A stretch of DNA of 64,000 nucleotides from Candidatus Bathyarchaeota archaeon (GTDB lineage Archaea > Thermoproteota > Bathyarchaeia > Bathyarchaeales > DTEX01), in the NCBI GenBank assembly GCA_963714275.1, contig CAVQNT010000007.1:1-64000 (forward strand). Direction: 5' to 3'. A program made the translations under genes and the position numbers. Every line of letters begins with the position of its first letter. Position 1 is the stretch's first letter. The notes under the pieces are model-generated. The model had not been told where the DNA came from, ran no database searches, and saw only the letters and a list, made by a program, of their open reading frames with translations. Below, one piece after another: positions 32,334 through 44,063 of this stretch.

Positions 32334-33185
32334 CTAACATTTCTGACAAAATATAGGTTCGATGCCCTTGCTATTTTTGGCTAAGAGAGCGGTTTCCTTC
32401 TTGGAAAGCGGTTTAAATTTTACTGCAGCATCGCAGGCCATCCACAACAGTTCCGCGTGGCTTGGGCTCACCGCAGCTGTAACAGGCAGCGAAAGAGTGA
32501 ACCGGAGGGCTAAGGAGACCTCTTCTGGCGTATCCAACGGTTTGTACCAGCATTTGGGCCATATCTGTTCTTTTCCTTTTGTCTTCGCTAAAGACTTCAG
32601 GGCTAATAGGGCAACACCTTTTTCTTGAGCCTTTTTTATGACTCGTGGACCGAAGTTGCCTTGGTGCCAGCATACCCAGTTTAAGGGGAAAAGAACACTA
32701 TCAAACTTGAATTGTTCCATCAAAGTCATTGCAGCTTCTTCAGAGTGGGCGGAGAACCCAAGATATTTGGCCAATCCTTGCTCTCTGAGCTTTCACAAAA
32801 GCTTCGATTGCTCCTCCTGATCCCATTATTTGGCTGACTTCTTCCATTGTTGTCACCCCGTGGAGTGGTACAAGTCAAAGTGGTCTGTCTGCAGGAGTCG
32901 AAGGGATTTACGCAGTTCTAATTCAGCCTTCCCTTTAGTACGTTGTCCAGTTTTACACGCAAGGAAAACTGAGTCACGGTAAGGCTTAAGGGCGGGACCT
33001 AATCGCTCCTCAGCGTTCCCGTATGAGGGCGCAACATCAAAATAGTTGATGCCTCTTTCAACTGCTTGGGAGACTATGCGACTTGCTGATGATGGTTTCT
33101 CATCTCTAACTATGATACCACCGAAACCGACAACTGAGAGCTCTGGACCTGTTCTCCCAAGCCTTCTCTTCTTCATTTCAGTCAT
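32334..33185 (-). CDS. Aldo/keto reductase, frameshifted
   Basis: RRLGRTG, GINYFDVAPSYG, LACKT, DHFDLY and YLGFSAH motifs. Confidence 0.88.
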
Positions 33186-33277
33186 GTTTATTCCTGCCGA
33201 ACAAATATTAGAACAGATTCTCCTACGCTCCAATGATTATTCAGGAAAGTACATAAAGGTTAGCTGAGCTTAGCTAG

Positions 33278-33308
33278 TTTAAAATTTAATACAAACCCAA
33301 AACCCAAA
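33278..33308 (+). repeat. Dispersed intergenic repeat, copy C (degenerate)
   Basis: TTTAAAATTTAATACAAACCCAAAACCCAAA, preceded by TAGCTGAGCTTAGCTAG. Confidence 0.5.
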
Positions 33309-33361
33309 TTTTCTTTCTTTTATTCTCTCTATCTCTCTTTTAGTGAGCTTTGAGGAACATT

Positions 33362-34067
33362 TCACACCGACCTTGTTCGACAAGTAACCTCATGAAGAAA
33401 TCTCGCTAAGAGTGGTTCAGGTTTCCTAACGGCAAAATTAAGCTGAGGAAGAAATGCTACTCCCAAATAGAAAGGATGATTGACGAGCTTAAACCCGAAT
33501 ATTCGCTCCCTGTCAACACTGGTAGCAAGAAGTTCCAAGCCAACCTGCTCAAGCCGAGACCAGTATTCTCGGTTCACAAACCGTCCACAGCGAACTATAC
33601 CCTCTATTTTTTCAGATCCATACAGATCTGCAAGGAATCTTCCAGGGATAAGCCGGATAGACTTGAGAGGTGCGAACACATAATTGCCCATCTTCATGAA
33701 CAATAGGAACAGGGGTTGTTGGCACATATTCCACACTGTTCGCTTCCGGAAGGCCGGCGAGATGGCGTGCTACATCAACCGCTGCTGCCTGAAGTCCGCC
33801 ACAGATTCCGAGAAGAGGAATCTTTGATTCACGGGCTACCTTACAGCACACAACTTGCCCCTCGAAAGATGGAGTGGGACCATTAGGAACAATGACACCT
33901 TTTACATTAGTAATCTCGCTTACAGCTTCCATGGGATGCTTCCACAAGACATTAATCGAAACATCCATGAGGCTGGAAATCTCCTCAAGATGCTCACTGA
34001 GTGCTACATGCCCATCATTTCTTGGGTTGCGTTCGAGACAAATTAATAAGTTCATTGGATAAGTCAT
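33362..34067 (-). CDS. Stand-alone CTP-synthase-like class I glutamine amidotransferase domain, frameshift near 33680
   Basis: IPLLGICGGLQ, LPEANSVE and HPFYLGVAFLPQ motifs. Confidence 0.7.
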
Positions 34068-34426
34068 AATCTCGCCTCATTCATTGCGAAATGCTGCACA
34101 ACTCATTCATATTCGACATTAATGTCGTATATCCTTCTACATTAGTAGAATATCCGAAATTACATCTCTTTTGTTGATTTTAGTTATCCATTACCCTATT
34201 TGAAGATTAAGTCCAAGGGGCTTTTTATTTTTTCCGATATTCCTGTTGCTCACATAGGTTTGAGATAAAAAATTAATCTTTTTTCTCTGACTAACTAACT
34301 AGGAACGTATTCCGTAATAAAAATTTGATGAAAATGTTAAACGGGCTCTTTGAGTTAGTTAACTTATAAATTTGAATACGTAAATTGAAAAAAAATTATG
34401 GTTTATCCGTATGGGATGAAGAACGA

Positions 34427-34771
34427 TTGACTAAGAATAATAAGAAACAAAAAGGTCTCGCCAAGGCGCAAAGCACAGTTTTAGCTGATCTAATTAACTA
34501 TCAAGAAGGCTCTATTGTCAGCCGCACATTGATTGATAAGAAAGCTGGAACCGTAACGGTTTTCGCTTTTGATGAAGGACAAGGTCTAAGTGAACATACT
34601 GCACCTTACGATGCCATTGTTTACATAATCGACGGGGAAGCTGAAATCGTCATTTCAGGCAAAATCATAACTGCAAAAGAGGGTGAAATGGTCATCATGC
34701 CAGCACACCGACCGCACGCTTTAAAGGCAGTAAAAAAATATAAAATGCTCTTGATAATGATACGGTCTTGA
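34427..34771 (+). CDS. Cupin domain protein
   Basis: GSIVSRTL, FAFDEGQGLSEHTAP and MPAHRPHAL motifs. Confidence 0.88.
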   Translation: MTKNNKKQKGLAKAQSTVLADLINYQEGSIVSRTLIDKKAGTVTVFAFDEGQGLSEHTAPYDAIVYIIDGEAEIVISGKIITAKEGEMVIMPAHRPHALKAVKKYKMLLIMIRS

Positions 34772-34800
34772 AGTTAACATCTTAGACCCAAAAAAACTTT

Positions 34801-34826
34801 TAATTAGGTTTGGGGATTAAAAATTA
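34801..34826 (-). repeat. Dispersed intergenic repeat, copy D (inverted)
   Basis: Minus strand reads TAATTTTTAATCCCCAAACCTAATTA. Confidence 0.7.
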
Positions 34827-35314
34827 TTTTTTCTTCTTATTGTATTTTCCTTCCTAACTCCTTAGATTCACTACATAGAGATCGACAGATAGTGAGCTTG
34901 CTGCAACAATGAACAAAATTCATCAAGCTACTATGATGAAAATTCAGAGATTTGGTTTAGAAGAAGAAGGAAACTGCAAAACACAAAATTCTTCTTCTTC
35001 TTGTTTAGTTGTTCCAGATGTGCTTCCGAGCGTTGAGAAAGCCCTTAAGGTGTCAGGTTTTAACCAGGTTTACTGTCAAATCAAAACGGTGAAAAATATA
35101 GGATTCTACAAATTCCGTAATATCAATGTATCAATTTTTCAGTTTTGTATTCAAATGTCTTATAAACTCATACGATATGAACCGGCTGTCCAGACCGATG
35201 GTTGTGATAGTTAAAATGAATAAACCTGAATACGAAAAATATTTAGTTAAAATATATAACCATGTTTCATCGTTTTTTATTAATCCATATGAATATTAAG
35301 AGAGAGATACAAAA

Positions 35315-35554
35315 ATGACTAAAAAACCAGAAAAACAAACCAACTACACATATATGGATTTACTGACAGAAGCCATTACGAACCATGAAAGAAAGTTAAA
35401 TGAGATAATTATAAGGCTAAACAAAGTGGTCAATGAATTTACAGGAATAACGAACCCAGAATCTTCACAACAAACGGAACAACAACCTGTGGAAGATGAT
35501 GAACCAGAAGAGGATCTATCTGCTCTACTTAAAACAGCACATGGTATGTTATAA
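35315..35554 (+). CDS. Small hypothetical protein (short coiled coil, acidic tail)
   Basis: ATG start, plausible composition (MDLLTEAITNHERKLNEII). Confidence 0.55.
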   Translation: MTKKPEKQTNYTYMDLLTEAITNHERKLNEIIIRLNKVVNEFTGITNPESSQQTEQQPVEDDEPEEDLSALLKTAHGML

Positions 35555-36094
35555 AGCAAACAATTAGAAACAAATTTTCTTTTAATATTCTATTTCTTAT
35601 TGGTTGGTTTAGATTAAGATTATTCTTCGTTAAGAATATGATGAGCCTTTTGGACTTGTTCATCAGGAAAGTCAGATATGAGTTCATTCGGCACCTTTGT
35701 AACTATTTGTAGATTCATCTGAATTTTTGGCTGTCTTATATTTTATATTACTAAAGTATAACCACATATAGATGCTGAAATGGATAAGTAAACTATTGTG
35801 ACAATAAAGTTGTTTTCGCTCAGATAAGGAATAATTTCATCTATAAGAAGAAACTCGCCAAACACAGCAGTAAAAAAAAGAAAATCTTTTTCATGTTTTC
35901 TCCTTTAAAGTGAGCCCTCAGTGACAGGGCTATTAAGACAAAAAGGTTAGTCAAGACAATAATCTGTAGAGGACCCATTTCTTACCCCATAAAAGTTATG
36001 GATGATATACTTTTAAAAGGTATTGAACTGCTGATCCAGACTACTATTTATAGTTGAGAACAGGCAAAGAAGGTAGAAAAATTTTGATTGAAAG

Positions 36095-36742
36095 TTAAAC
36101 CTTGCTTTTCTTTGTTGCATACATTAGTGTACTTAATAGATCTATTCCATATTTTTGAATATCATGTATCTGCCCAATTTGTTCTTCAACCTTGGATAAT
36201 TCTTCACGCCTTTCATTCAAAACTGCATGTATCTTTTTCCTATTACGTTCTAGCTTAGGAATTAGTTGATTTATCTCCTCAGATTTTACTTGCTTTTCTT
36301 GGATTTCTTTTTCGAGTAGTTCTATTTCTTCTTTCTTACTTAGAATGTAGCTGTCTAAATCTTGTTTTTTCACGTTAAGTTTTGGTATTAATTCCTCAAT
36401 TTCGGCAATTTGTTTTTCTTTTTCATTAATTTGCTTTGTTAAAAGTTCCATTTTTTCATTAAGTTGAGGAATCAACGAGGATGTTGTTTCAATTTTTGCG
36501 GTTATTCCCTTCTTTATTTTTTCGAATTCTGCAAGTTCATCTCTTAAATTGTTTAGGATATTGAATATGTCTCCATTATCAGATTCATCTTTCTGGAGAA
36601 GAGTAAGAGTTCCGTGTTCTTCTTCAACATTTACTTCATTCGATTTTACTTGTTCTTCCTGTTTGTCATAATTTCCCACTTCTTTTTCAGTAGTGAGGTC
36701 TGATGCTGTTTTCTCTGATTTTCCTTTCTTGAATATACCCAT
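36095..36742 (-). CDS. Long coiled-coil protein, paralogue 1
   Basis: MGIFKKGK start, heptad repeats with recurring LIP(K/Q)L, C-terminal IQKYGIDLL. Confidence 0.75.
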   Translation of the reverse strand: MGIFKKGKSEKTASDLTTEKEVGNYDKQEEQVKSNEVNVEEEHGTLTLLQKDESDNGDIFNILNNLRDELAEFEKIKKGITAKIETTSSLIPQLNEKMELLTKQINEKEKQIAEIEELIPKLNVKKQDLDSYILSKKEEIELLEKEIQEKQVKSEEINQLIPKLERNRKKIHAVLNERREELSKVEEQIGQIHDIQKYGIDLLSTLMYATKKSKV

Positions 36743-36961
36743 CCATATCACCAATGCAGTATGTTTCTTGTTGGTCACGAACTACATGGAAAACTAATTA
36801 ATATTAGAATTATGAATTTGGTATCTGAACTGTGAGTCCATTAGTTTTTCCATGAAGGTTCTAAATATTGTCAATATTATGCTTCACCAGCACATTTTAT
36901 ATATAAAAATGATTCACTAGATGGAAAAGCTTATAAAAGGACTCTAAATATAAATCAACAA

Positions 36962-37789
36962 TTGGTTATCAATTTGAGCAGCAAAGGTCAAAGGTCAATT
37001 GTCTTAGGTTTCGCATTCTTTTGTATATGGTTATCGTTCTTTGTCTTAGTGTATCTTATACTTTTCATAAATCAGCAGCAAATACTCAGTATTCAAATAG
37101 ATTTTGACATGCAATTAATTGAAAGTTTTATTGGATGGGAGTTGACAAAGCAAATCACGTGGGCTGTTTTAATATTTCCATGTCTTGTAGGGTTTTTTTT
37201 CGTAGTTAACCGGCTAAAGGAAAAAAATTCCAACTACATGATTTTTCTTCTAACTATTTTATACTTGGGATTCGTTCTAACCTTCGAGTACTGCGTCTTG
37301 AAACTAATTTGGTCTTTTCAGCTCATTAAAAAATATGAAACTCTGTTAGGAACAGCATTTGTTGAAACCGATCCTATTCAAAGCTTCCTGTTCATTCATA
37401 CTGGTGCCATGACCCCTCAAGGCATTGTTATTGTTGCAGCGTTACTGGGAATTACGGCAGTTCTATTCTTCCAGCTCCCGCAATTTGGCGCTCTAAGAAA
37501 AGCAAGGCCAGAAGAGGAAGTAGAACTAGTAGGGAAAGCGCATGAACTGGTCGAAGAAAAACCGAGAAATAATAATGAAGATTTAAAAAAAGTTAAAGGT
37601 ATTGGTCCGATGATAGCTGAAAAGCTTATAAAAGTGGGCATTAAGAGCTTGGCAGATTTAGCGAATTCCAACTCCCAGAAAGTTGCAGGAGCACTCGATA
37701 TTTCTAATGAGAGTGCCATCGTCTTTATCAATGTGGCTAGTTCTCTGATAAAGGCCAAAAAAACCTCCAAAAAACTTAAAATAGAATAA
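36962..37789 (+). CDS. Four-TM membrane protein with C-terminal helix-hairpin-helix domain
   Basis: Hydrophobic helices followed by DLKKVKGIGPMIAEKLIKVGIKSLADLA. Confidence 0.8.
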   Translation: MVINLSSKGQRSIVLGFAFFCIWLSFFVLVYLILFINQQQILSIQIDFDMQLIESFIGWELTKQITWAVLIFPCLVGFFFVVNRLKEKNSNYMIFLLTILYLGFVLTFEYCVLKLIWSFQLIKKYETLLGTAFVETDPIQSFLFIHTGAMTPQGIVIVAALLGITAVLFFQLPQFGALRKARPEEEVELVGKAHELVEEKPRNNNEDLKKVKGIGPMIAEKLIKVGIKSLADLANSNSQKVAGALDISNESAIVFINVASSLIKAKKTSKKLKIE

Positions 37790-38208
37790 ACCCCCAACAG
37801 GGTAATTTTTTTGCCAAGAGATTGTTCTATGAAAAAGGAGTTAGAATTAAAATTTTTATGATATTTCCCTATTTAGAAGGATTCCGAATCCATATTTTCT
37901 ATTCATAACCTTAATGTACAATAAATATTTAGATTCATTCTGCCAACCATACCAGTCTGCAAGAGGTGAAGCTTTAGTACCGACGGTTAATTAAAAGAAC
38001 ATTCTAAAACTGCCCACGTACCCGTCGGTGCTAATCATCCCTTAAAGAAAATAATGCTTGCAGTTCAGTATCCTAAAGCTAGCTCAGCTAATATTTCATA
38101 TCATATTCTTGCCCGAAATGAAGTGTTGATACTTACTCTATATTCATAATTCTAATATCTTCTATGCGTTTTCAATTTTCCAAATATCGGTCAGCGTAGG
38201 CGATATAG

Positions 38209-38955
38209 ATGGGTCTATTTAGGAAAAAAAGTCTGAAGCACAGATTGATACTACTGCTGAAATAAAAAAGGAGAGATTTTTAAAGGAAGTGAAGCAACAG
38301 GAAGATGAAGAACAGTTACAACTATCCTATGAACCTTCTGAAGATGATGGATTGTGGCAGATGTCGATGCCTGAACTGTGGAAGATGGCTTCTAGCCTCG
38401 GAATTTCCAAGAAGGGGCGAAAAGAGGAGCTGATAAAAAGGATTCTTGATGCTCAGAAATCCGAGGTGCAGGTAATTCATGATGATAAGAACTTAAATGG
38501 CACACTAGATCAGTTAAGAAACGAATTACGTGAGTATGAGAGAATTAGAGAGGAAATAAAGACAAAGATCGCGTCAACATCGGAGTTAATTCCAAAACTC
38601 GATGAAAGAAAAGAATTTCTAGAGAAAGATATTAACCAGATGCAGCAAAGAATTACTGAGGTAACCGAGCTTTTTCCGAAGCTCGAAGATGAAAATGAAA
38701 GCCTTCAAAAAGACATACAAGAAAAACTTAGAATAAAGATACTTCTGGAAAAAAGAGATTACTGAAAGAAGAGGGAAGATTGAAGAGATAGCCAATCTCC
38801 TCCCGAAGCTTAAAAGAAACAAAGAAGATACTCAGAAAAGCATGCAACACAACCAGGAAGAAATTTCAAAAATCGATGTACAAATCAAGCAGATTCAGAA
38901 TTTCCAAAAGTATGGCTTGAATTTACTTAACACATCTTTATATATGATAGAGTAG
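38209..38955 (+). CDS. Long coiled-coil protein, paralogue 2, with SAP/Rho-N-like motif; two frameshifts
   Basis: MGLFRKK start, MSMPELWKMASSLGISKKGRKEELIKRIL, LIPKL repeats, C-terminal FQKYGLNLL. Confidence 0.7.
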
Positions 38956-39200
38956 AGCAAGAAATAAAACTCGCTGTTCTCTACGCATTCTTGCGATGCG
39001 AAAACCCGAAAAATGACTTATAATAAATAAGAACGAAGTACAATTCCTATGGATTATAATAAAAATGAGTTGCATTGAAACTAGCTGACTGCAGTTGGCT
39101 AAAAGCCACAGGCTGGCTCTGTCAAAATTGGGCGACCAAAGATGCTTGCTCTTTATATTGCCATATTGTCACACAATTTTCTGCCTAAACGTTGGCTTCA

Positions 39201-40220
39201 TTAAAGAAACATGGGATTTGTCCACGCTGTTTTGCCACGTTTGTCCGAGGCTTCCACACGCAAGTATCTCCTAAAGATGCTGCCTTCGACCTTTAACTGT
39301 TCAATGCCTTTTTTGCTGAAGATTATTTTGGCTTTCCATGCCCTTCCATCCAGATATGCCGTGGTTATTTCGCCTTCCACGTTTGCTTCAACATGATTGT
39401 ACATACGCGTCATTCCCTTTCTTTCAGCAGGCTCCTTCCATGCTTTCAGCAGCACTCGGAGATTGTTCATGTCGATGCAGAATCCTCTGCCATCGTGCGA
39501 GACCATGTTTACCCTAAAAACGGGAGTAGACTTCAGACGGACTACACGGTCAGACATCTCAAGTGCCTTTATTTCAGGTCCCGTGGAAGAATAGAATTGT
39601 CCCGTTTTTAGCAATTTAATTGTTGTCGCGGAGTCATCAGCGTTTTTTACCCACACCCATCCTCCGTCGGCATCAATTGGTGGAACGGAATATCGGTGAG
39701 CATCGTCCACAGCGCAGCCCCAACACTTAACGCCTGATGACAAGAGCGAGTCCCAGTGGGTCACAGCGTAGCCCTTCGCCACTTCGACATCGCATCCTGT
39801 GTTGTAAACTTCGATTCCAGCGTAACCCTTCAAGCATTCAAGGTCTTCGTGCACTAGACTGGACCATGACGGGTGAGCGATGATTGCTAAGCCTCCTGCA
39901 CTGTTAATCTCATCAATAACTTCTTGTGGACTACTGAGATTGTTACATCTTGGGTTATCGACACCTAATCCTACGATGTGGTAGGGTTCTTTCATTCGGC
40001 TTTCTCCCTTCGCCACTTCTAAGCCTGTCAGAAACGTGCCTTCTCGGCTATTATTGTGATCTTTAGTTACCTTGCCATGGTCCGTTATCACTAATAAACC
40101 ATATTTTTTTGAATGGTAAAAGTCAGCGACCTCTTTTGGCGAAAGAAACCCATCTGAGGACGTGGTGTGACAGTGCAGCGAACCTTTAACCCACGATTTG
40201 TCAACTTCCAGCCTGTACAT
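39201..40220 (-). CDS. PHP-domain metallohydrolase (CehA/McbA-like)
   Basis: WVKGSLHCHTTSSDG, ITDH, AHP, GIEVYN and DDAH motifs. Confidence 0.85.
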   Translation of the reverse strand: MYRLEVDKSWVKGSLHCHTTSSDGFLSPKEVADFYHSKKYGLLVITDHGKVTKDHNNSREGTFLTGLEVAKGESRMKEPYHIVGLGVDNPRCNNLSSPQEVIDEINSAGGLAIIAHPSWSSLVHEDLECLKGYAGIEVYNTGCDVEVAKGYAVTHWDSLLSSGVKCWGCAVDDAHRYSVPPIDADGGWVWVKNADDSATTIKLLKTGQFYSSTGPEIKALEMSDRVVRLKSTPVFRVNMVSHDGRGFCIDMNNLRVLLKAWKEPAERKGMTRMYNHVEANVEGEITTAYLDGRAWKAKIIFSKKGIEQLKVEGSIFRRYLRVEASDKRGKTAWTNPMFL

Positions 40221-40354
40221 GCTACCACCTTATATCCGCAAACGCAGTACGCACATTAAATGCTTTATCAAAACATCTAACAAAATTAATAGTGCCGACT
40301 ACGAAAGATTCTTAAAGTTAAAAAAAATGAAAAAAGGAAAAAGGGAACGGTAAC

Positions 40355-42005
40355 CTAGTATCCTCCAGGCATGCCAGGGGGCATACCAGAAGGAGGCATC
40401 TCTGGTCCTTTAGGCTTAGACGCAGCGATTACGTCGTCTATTCTTAGAATCATGCATGCTGTTTCGGAAGTCTGATTTTATGGCGTGTTCTTTGACGATT
40501 GCTGGTTCGATGACGCCCTTCTTTCGCATATCCATGATTTTTCCGCTGAACACGTCGACGCCTATCGTTGCTCCTTTAGGTTTCTCGTGAGCTGCTCTCA
40601 ATTCAGAGATTATGTCGATGGGTTCAAGCCCAGCGTTCTCAGAAAGTGTCCACGGAATAACCTCTAGGCTTTCCGCGAAAGCGTTCACTGCGAGCTGTTC
40701 TCTGCCCCCAACTTTGGGTGCGTAGTCTCGTAGTTGCTTGGCTAACTCAGCTTCAATTGCTCCGCCGCCTGAAACGATTTTACCGTGTTCAACGACGTCG
40801 CGGACGACCGAAAGCGCGTCATTAAGTGCACGTTCAGCTTCGTCGACCATTCTTTCCAGTCCAGCTCGAACGAGGATTGTGACTGACTGTGGGTCTTTGC
40901 AATCCTCAACGAAGATCATCTTGTCGTTGCCTATCTTACGTTCCTCAACAAGCCCTGCTTCCCCAAGGTCTTCATGTCTCAGATCGTCAAGGTTCACCAC
41001 AATCTTAGCTTTAGTGGCTCTAGAAAGTTTTTCCATGTCAGACTCTTTAACCCTCGTCGCAGCCATTATTCCTTCTTTTGCTAGGAAGTGTTGGGCCATA
41101 TCGTCAATGCCTTTCTGGCAGAGAACGATGTTAGCTCCAGACTTCTTGATTTTGTTAATCATATCCTGTAACATGTGGGTTTCCTGGTCTAAGAAAGCTT
41201 TGACTTGGGATGGGTCCTTAATCCTTACCTCAGCGCTGAACTCTGTCTTCTCAACCTCTAAAGCAGCGTTAACTAGGCATACCTTTGCTTTCTCTATTCT
41301 CTTAGGCATTCCTGCGTGTGCGGCTTCTTTGTCTATGATGACACCTTTTATGAGGCTGGTTTCAAAGAGGCTTTTACCAACTTTTTTCACGATTTGAATC
41401 TGGTCGATGTCTGCGACTTTTCTGTCCCCGCGCTGTTCAGTTATCTGCTTCACTGCCTCTATAGCGACTTCTGACAAATGACTTTTCTCGTAACCAACAA
41501 TTTTACTCGACATAGAGGTTTCAGCAATCTTCCTCAGTATTTCGGCGTCATCAAACGCAACATCTTCAGCGACCTTGTTTAGTATCTTAACCGTCATGTC
41601 TGCAGCTTTCCTGTACCCGCTTACAATGGAGATTGGGTGAATGTCCTGTTCCAGCAGACTTTCAGCTTTCCTTAACAGTTCACCTGACAGTACTACTACT
41701 GTTGTTGTGCCGTCTCCGACCATGTCGTCCTGGGTTTTTGCAATTTCAGCCATCATTTTTGCAGCTGGGTGTTCGATGTCCATGTCTTTCAGGATTGATG
41801 CTCCATCGTTTGTGATCGTTATGTCTCCAAGGTTATCAATCAACATCTTGTCCATTCCACGTGGACCAAGCGTTGTCTTCAGAACCTCAGCGACTGCCTT
41901 TGCTGCAGTAATGTTTGATTTTTGTGCTTCCTTCTTTCTTGTTCGTCCGGTACCTTCCTTCAAAATTAAAACTGGCTGTCCGCCTTGCATAGTTAAATAT
42001 GCCAT
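40355..42005 (-). CDS. Thermosome (group II chaperonin) subunit, frameshift near 40470
   Basis: [15 protein letters not shown] and GDGTTT motifs; C-terminal [13 protein letters not shown] in the shifted frame. Confidence 0.95.
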
Positions 42006-42120
42006 TCTGATTTCCTCATATCTTCTTAAGTATGTCCTTTAAACATTCAATGTCTTAAATATAAGTTTTTCATTTTACGCTAAAAGAAAACAAAGAAAAA
42101 CAGAGAATTATGCCCTAATT

Positions 42121-42336
42121 TTACCTTCCCAATATTTTTTCTGAAGCACGTCTGATGTCTTCGGATTTGATTGTTTTCCTGCCTGCGTGCATGGACCAGT
42201 CTATGGCTTCTTTTCCGATTTTTACGCCAATTTCTTCAAGAACCTTGCCCATCTCCTTGGCAGCTGGTTCACTTACTCTTTCTGCGCCTGCTTTTTTGCA
42301 GATTCTGTGCATAGCTGCTAATGCTAATTCGCCCAT
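42121..42336 (-). CDS. Archaeal histone (HMf-like, chromosomal)
   Basis: KKAGAERVS...HAGRKTIKSED; 71 aa. Confidence 0.93.
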   Translation of the reverse strand: MGELALAAMHRICKKAGAERVSEPAAKEMGKVLEEIGVKIGKEAIDWSMHAGRKTIKSEDIRRASEKILGR

Positions 42337-42532
42337 AACAATTCCTCTATCCGTTATGGATAAGTAGGCTTATTTAACCCTTTTTCTGCGAAAAGGAAAA
42401 GAATTCCTTTTTCTGGCTTTATCGAATCATTATTCTTATATATTAGGTTTGGAAAGATTCCAGAAAAGGTAGGCTGCGTAAAGACGCTGCAAGATGAAGT
42501 TTAAATCGATTAAAGAAAAAAAGAAAGGATGA

Positions 42533-42757
42533 GTGAACTTGGGAAACGTACGCCCAGAAAAAGTGAAAAGGATTGCTCGTGAACTCTTCGAAAAGCATCC
42601 CACCATGTTTACTACTGATTTTGAACAAAACAAGAATCTCTTGAAGACAATGATGAGCACACCGTCGAAGAGTCTGAGGAACATGATAATAGGTTACGTA
42701 ACCCGATTGGTCATTCTATCTCAACCAGAAGACTCCTCAGAAACCGAAGAACCTTAA
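42533..42757 (+). CDS. rps17e: 30S ribosomal protein S17e
   Basis: GNVRPEKVKRIA, FTTDFEQNK and SKSLRNMIIGYVT motifs. Confidence 0.93.
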   Translation: MNLGNVRPEKVKRIARELFEKHPTMFTTDFEQNKNLLKTMMSTPSKSLRNMIIGYVTRLVILSQPEDSSETEEP

Positions 42758-42829
42758 ATAACTAGTCCAAATAAGAAACAAATAACCTTATTTCAATAAC
42801 AGAAATAAATAAAAAGGTTAATTGGGCAA

Positions 42830-43203
42830 GTGGCAAAAAGGATGATCGACGATTTCCGTAAAGGTTGGGCTTTACGCTACATGAGGGAGGCTGAAGACGA
42901 AATAAGAGCAAGCCAGAAGTCCGCCCAGTCATTCGGTCTCATTCTTGACGCAGCAAGGAAAGCTCAGCTGCAGTGTACTATAGCCTCGGAGACCCGTTCT
43001 ACATTGAGAGTCTTGTCCACGAAGTCTTCCACAACAACCAAAATGTTCAAGACCCCATCCTCCGTTGTTTGGTCGACATCGAAAACACGCTGCAGAGGAT
43101 AGAAAACCTTCCAGAGTCGTCCGGCGAAGAAGCCTTCAAGGACGCTGACGAAGTCGTAAAAACCGCGGCTGGAATAGTAAATCTATTGGTCTCCGAAGAC
43201 TAA
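42830..43203 (+). CDS. Hypothetical helical protein (possibly HEPN-like), frameshift near 42970
   Basis: ORFs 42830-43102 and 42973-43203 join as ...ARKAQ.AVYYSLGDP. Confidence 0.55.
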
Positions 43204-43226
43204 TCAAGGATTATCAATACGACTTT

Positions 43227-44006
43227 TTACAAAAAGAAATCTTCCAGTTTCCTGGTTTCAGTTTCTCTGACGATTTCAGCGCATTTTCTTGGGTCAAGCT
43301 GCCTAAAATCCAGCCCCAATGTCACCAAGAGTTTCTGCACGCCCTTCGCTAATTGGGGAGCAACGAGGATGCCTCTAACTTCGCGATTCACCATGTTCTT
43401 CACAGAGTCAACGTATTTTGCCAGTTGCAGCGTAGACTTCCTTTCCTGCTGTTTTCCGTTTAATCTCGATTATGACCATTCTGCCCTTGTCGTCGACGCC
43501 ATAGACGTCGATGAAGCCCGGCTTTACTTTTTTCTCATACGTGATCAGCCTTAACCCTTCTTCCACAATCGAGGGGTGAAGCAATATCGCCTTCTGCATG
43601 TCCTCCTCGCTTGCGTACAGGGAAAATTCGCCTTTGTCGACAAGGCTCAGGACAGACACCAGATATACATGGTTAAAATGTGCTGCGATAGATTCGTTGG
43701 GCTTTTTCCTAACAGCCTTGATGGTGAGTATGCCCTTTCTACTGCTTGTGTAAAAAACTGAACCCGGTGGCTGCCAGTTTACGGGCTCATAGCCTTTTGG
43801 CCTATGGACCAGAACTGACCCATCTTCTTTCATGATGAGGATTCTTTCGCCCAGTTCCAGCTTTGAGTTGCTCTGCCTTGATATTCGACCCAGCAGCTGC
43901 CGACAACAATGAGCGCCTTATGCCCAGAGGTCGCCACCCTAACAGCCTTCACAGCTTCCTCTAGGCTTGGGTTCTCGTAAACAACAGCGGGTCTTCGTGG
44001 CAGCAA
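43227..44006 (-). CDS. nucS: Endonuclease NucS/EndoMS, two frameshifts
   Basis: CWVEYQGRA, KEDGSVLVH, PVNWQPPG, GFIDVYG..IEIKR and RGILVAP motifs. Confidence 0.92.
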
Positions 44007-44063
44007 CTTTCTTCGACAACCTTTTAGAACAACTAAAATAAATAAGTCTTCTCGGGAACAAAT

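Noticed and set aside
34909-35214. 101-aa ORF, plus ORF-like remnants at 19065-19270, 35620-35895 and 52270-52550
   Set aside because: Interrupted or low-complexity with no recognisable family; cannot be supported as genes.
27200-39100. Classical integron attC sites
   Set aside because: No convincing RYYYAAC...GTTRRRY paired arms after the genes, and genes are in mixed orientation.
40738-41397. Long antisense ORFs opposite thermosome, hppA (62077-62739) and other genes
   Set aside because: Shadow ORFs from codon bias, with no motifs or RBS.
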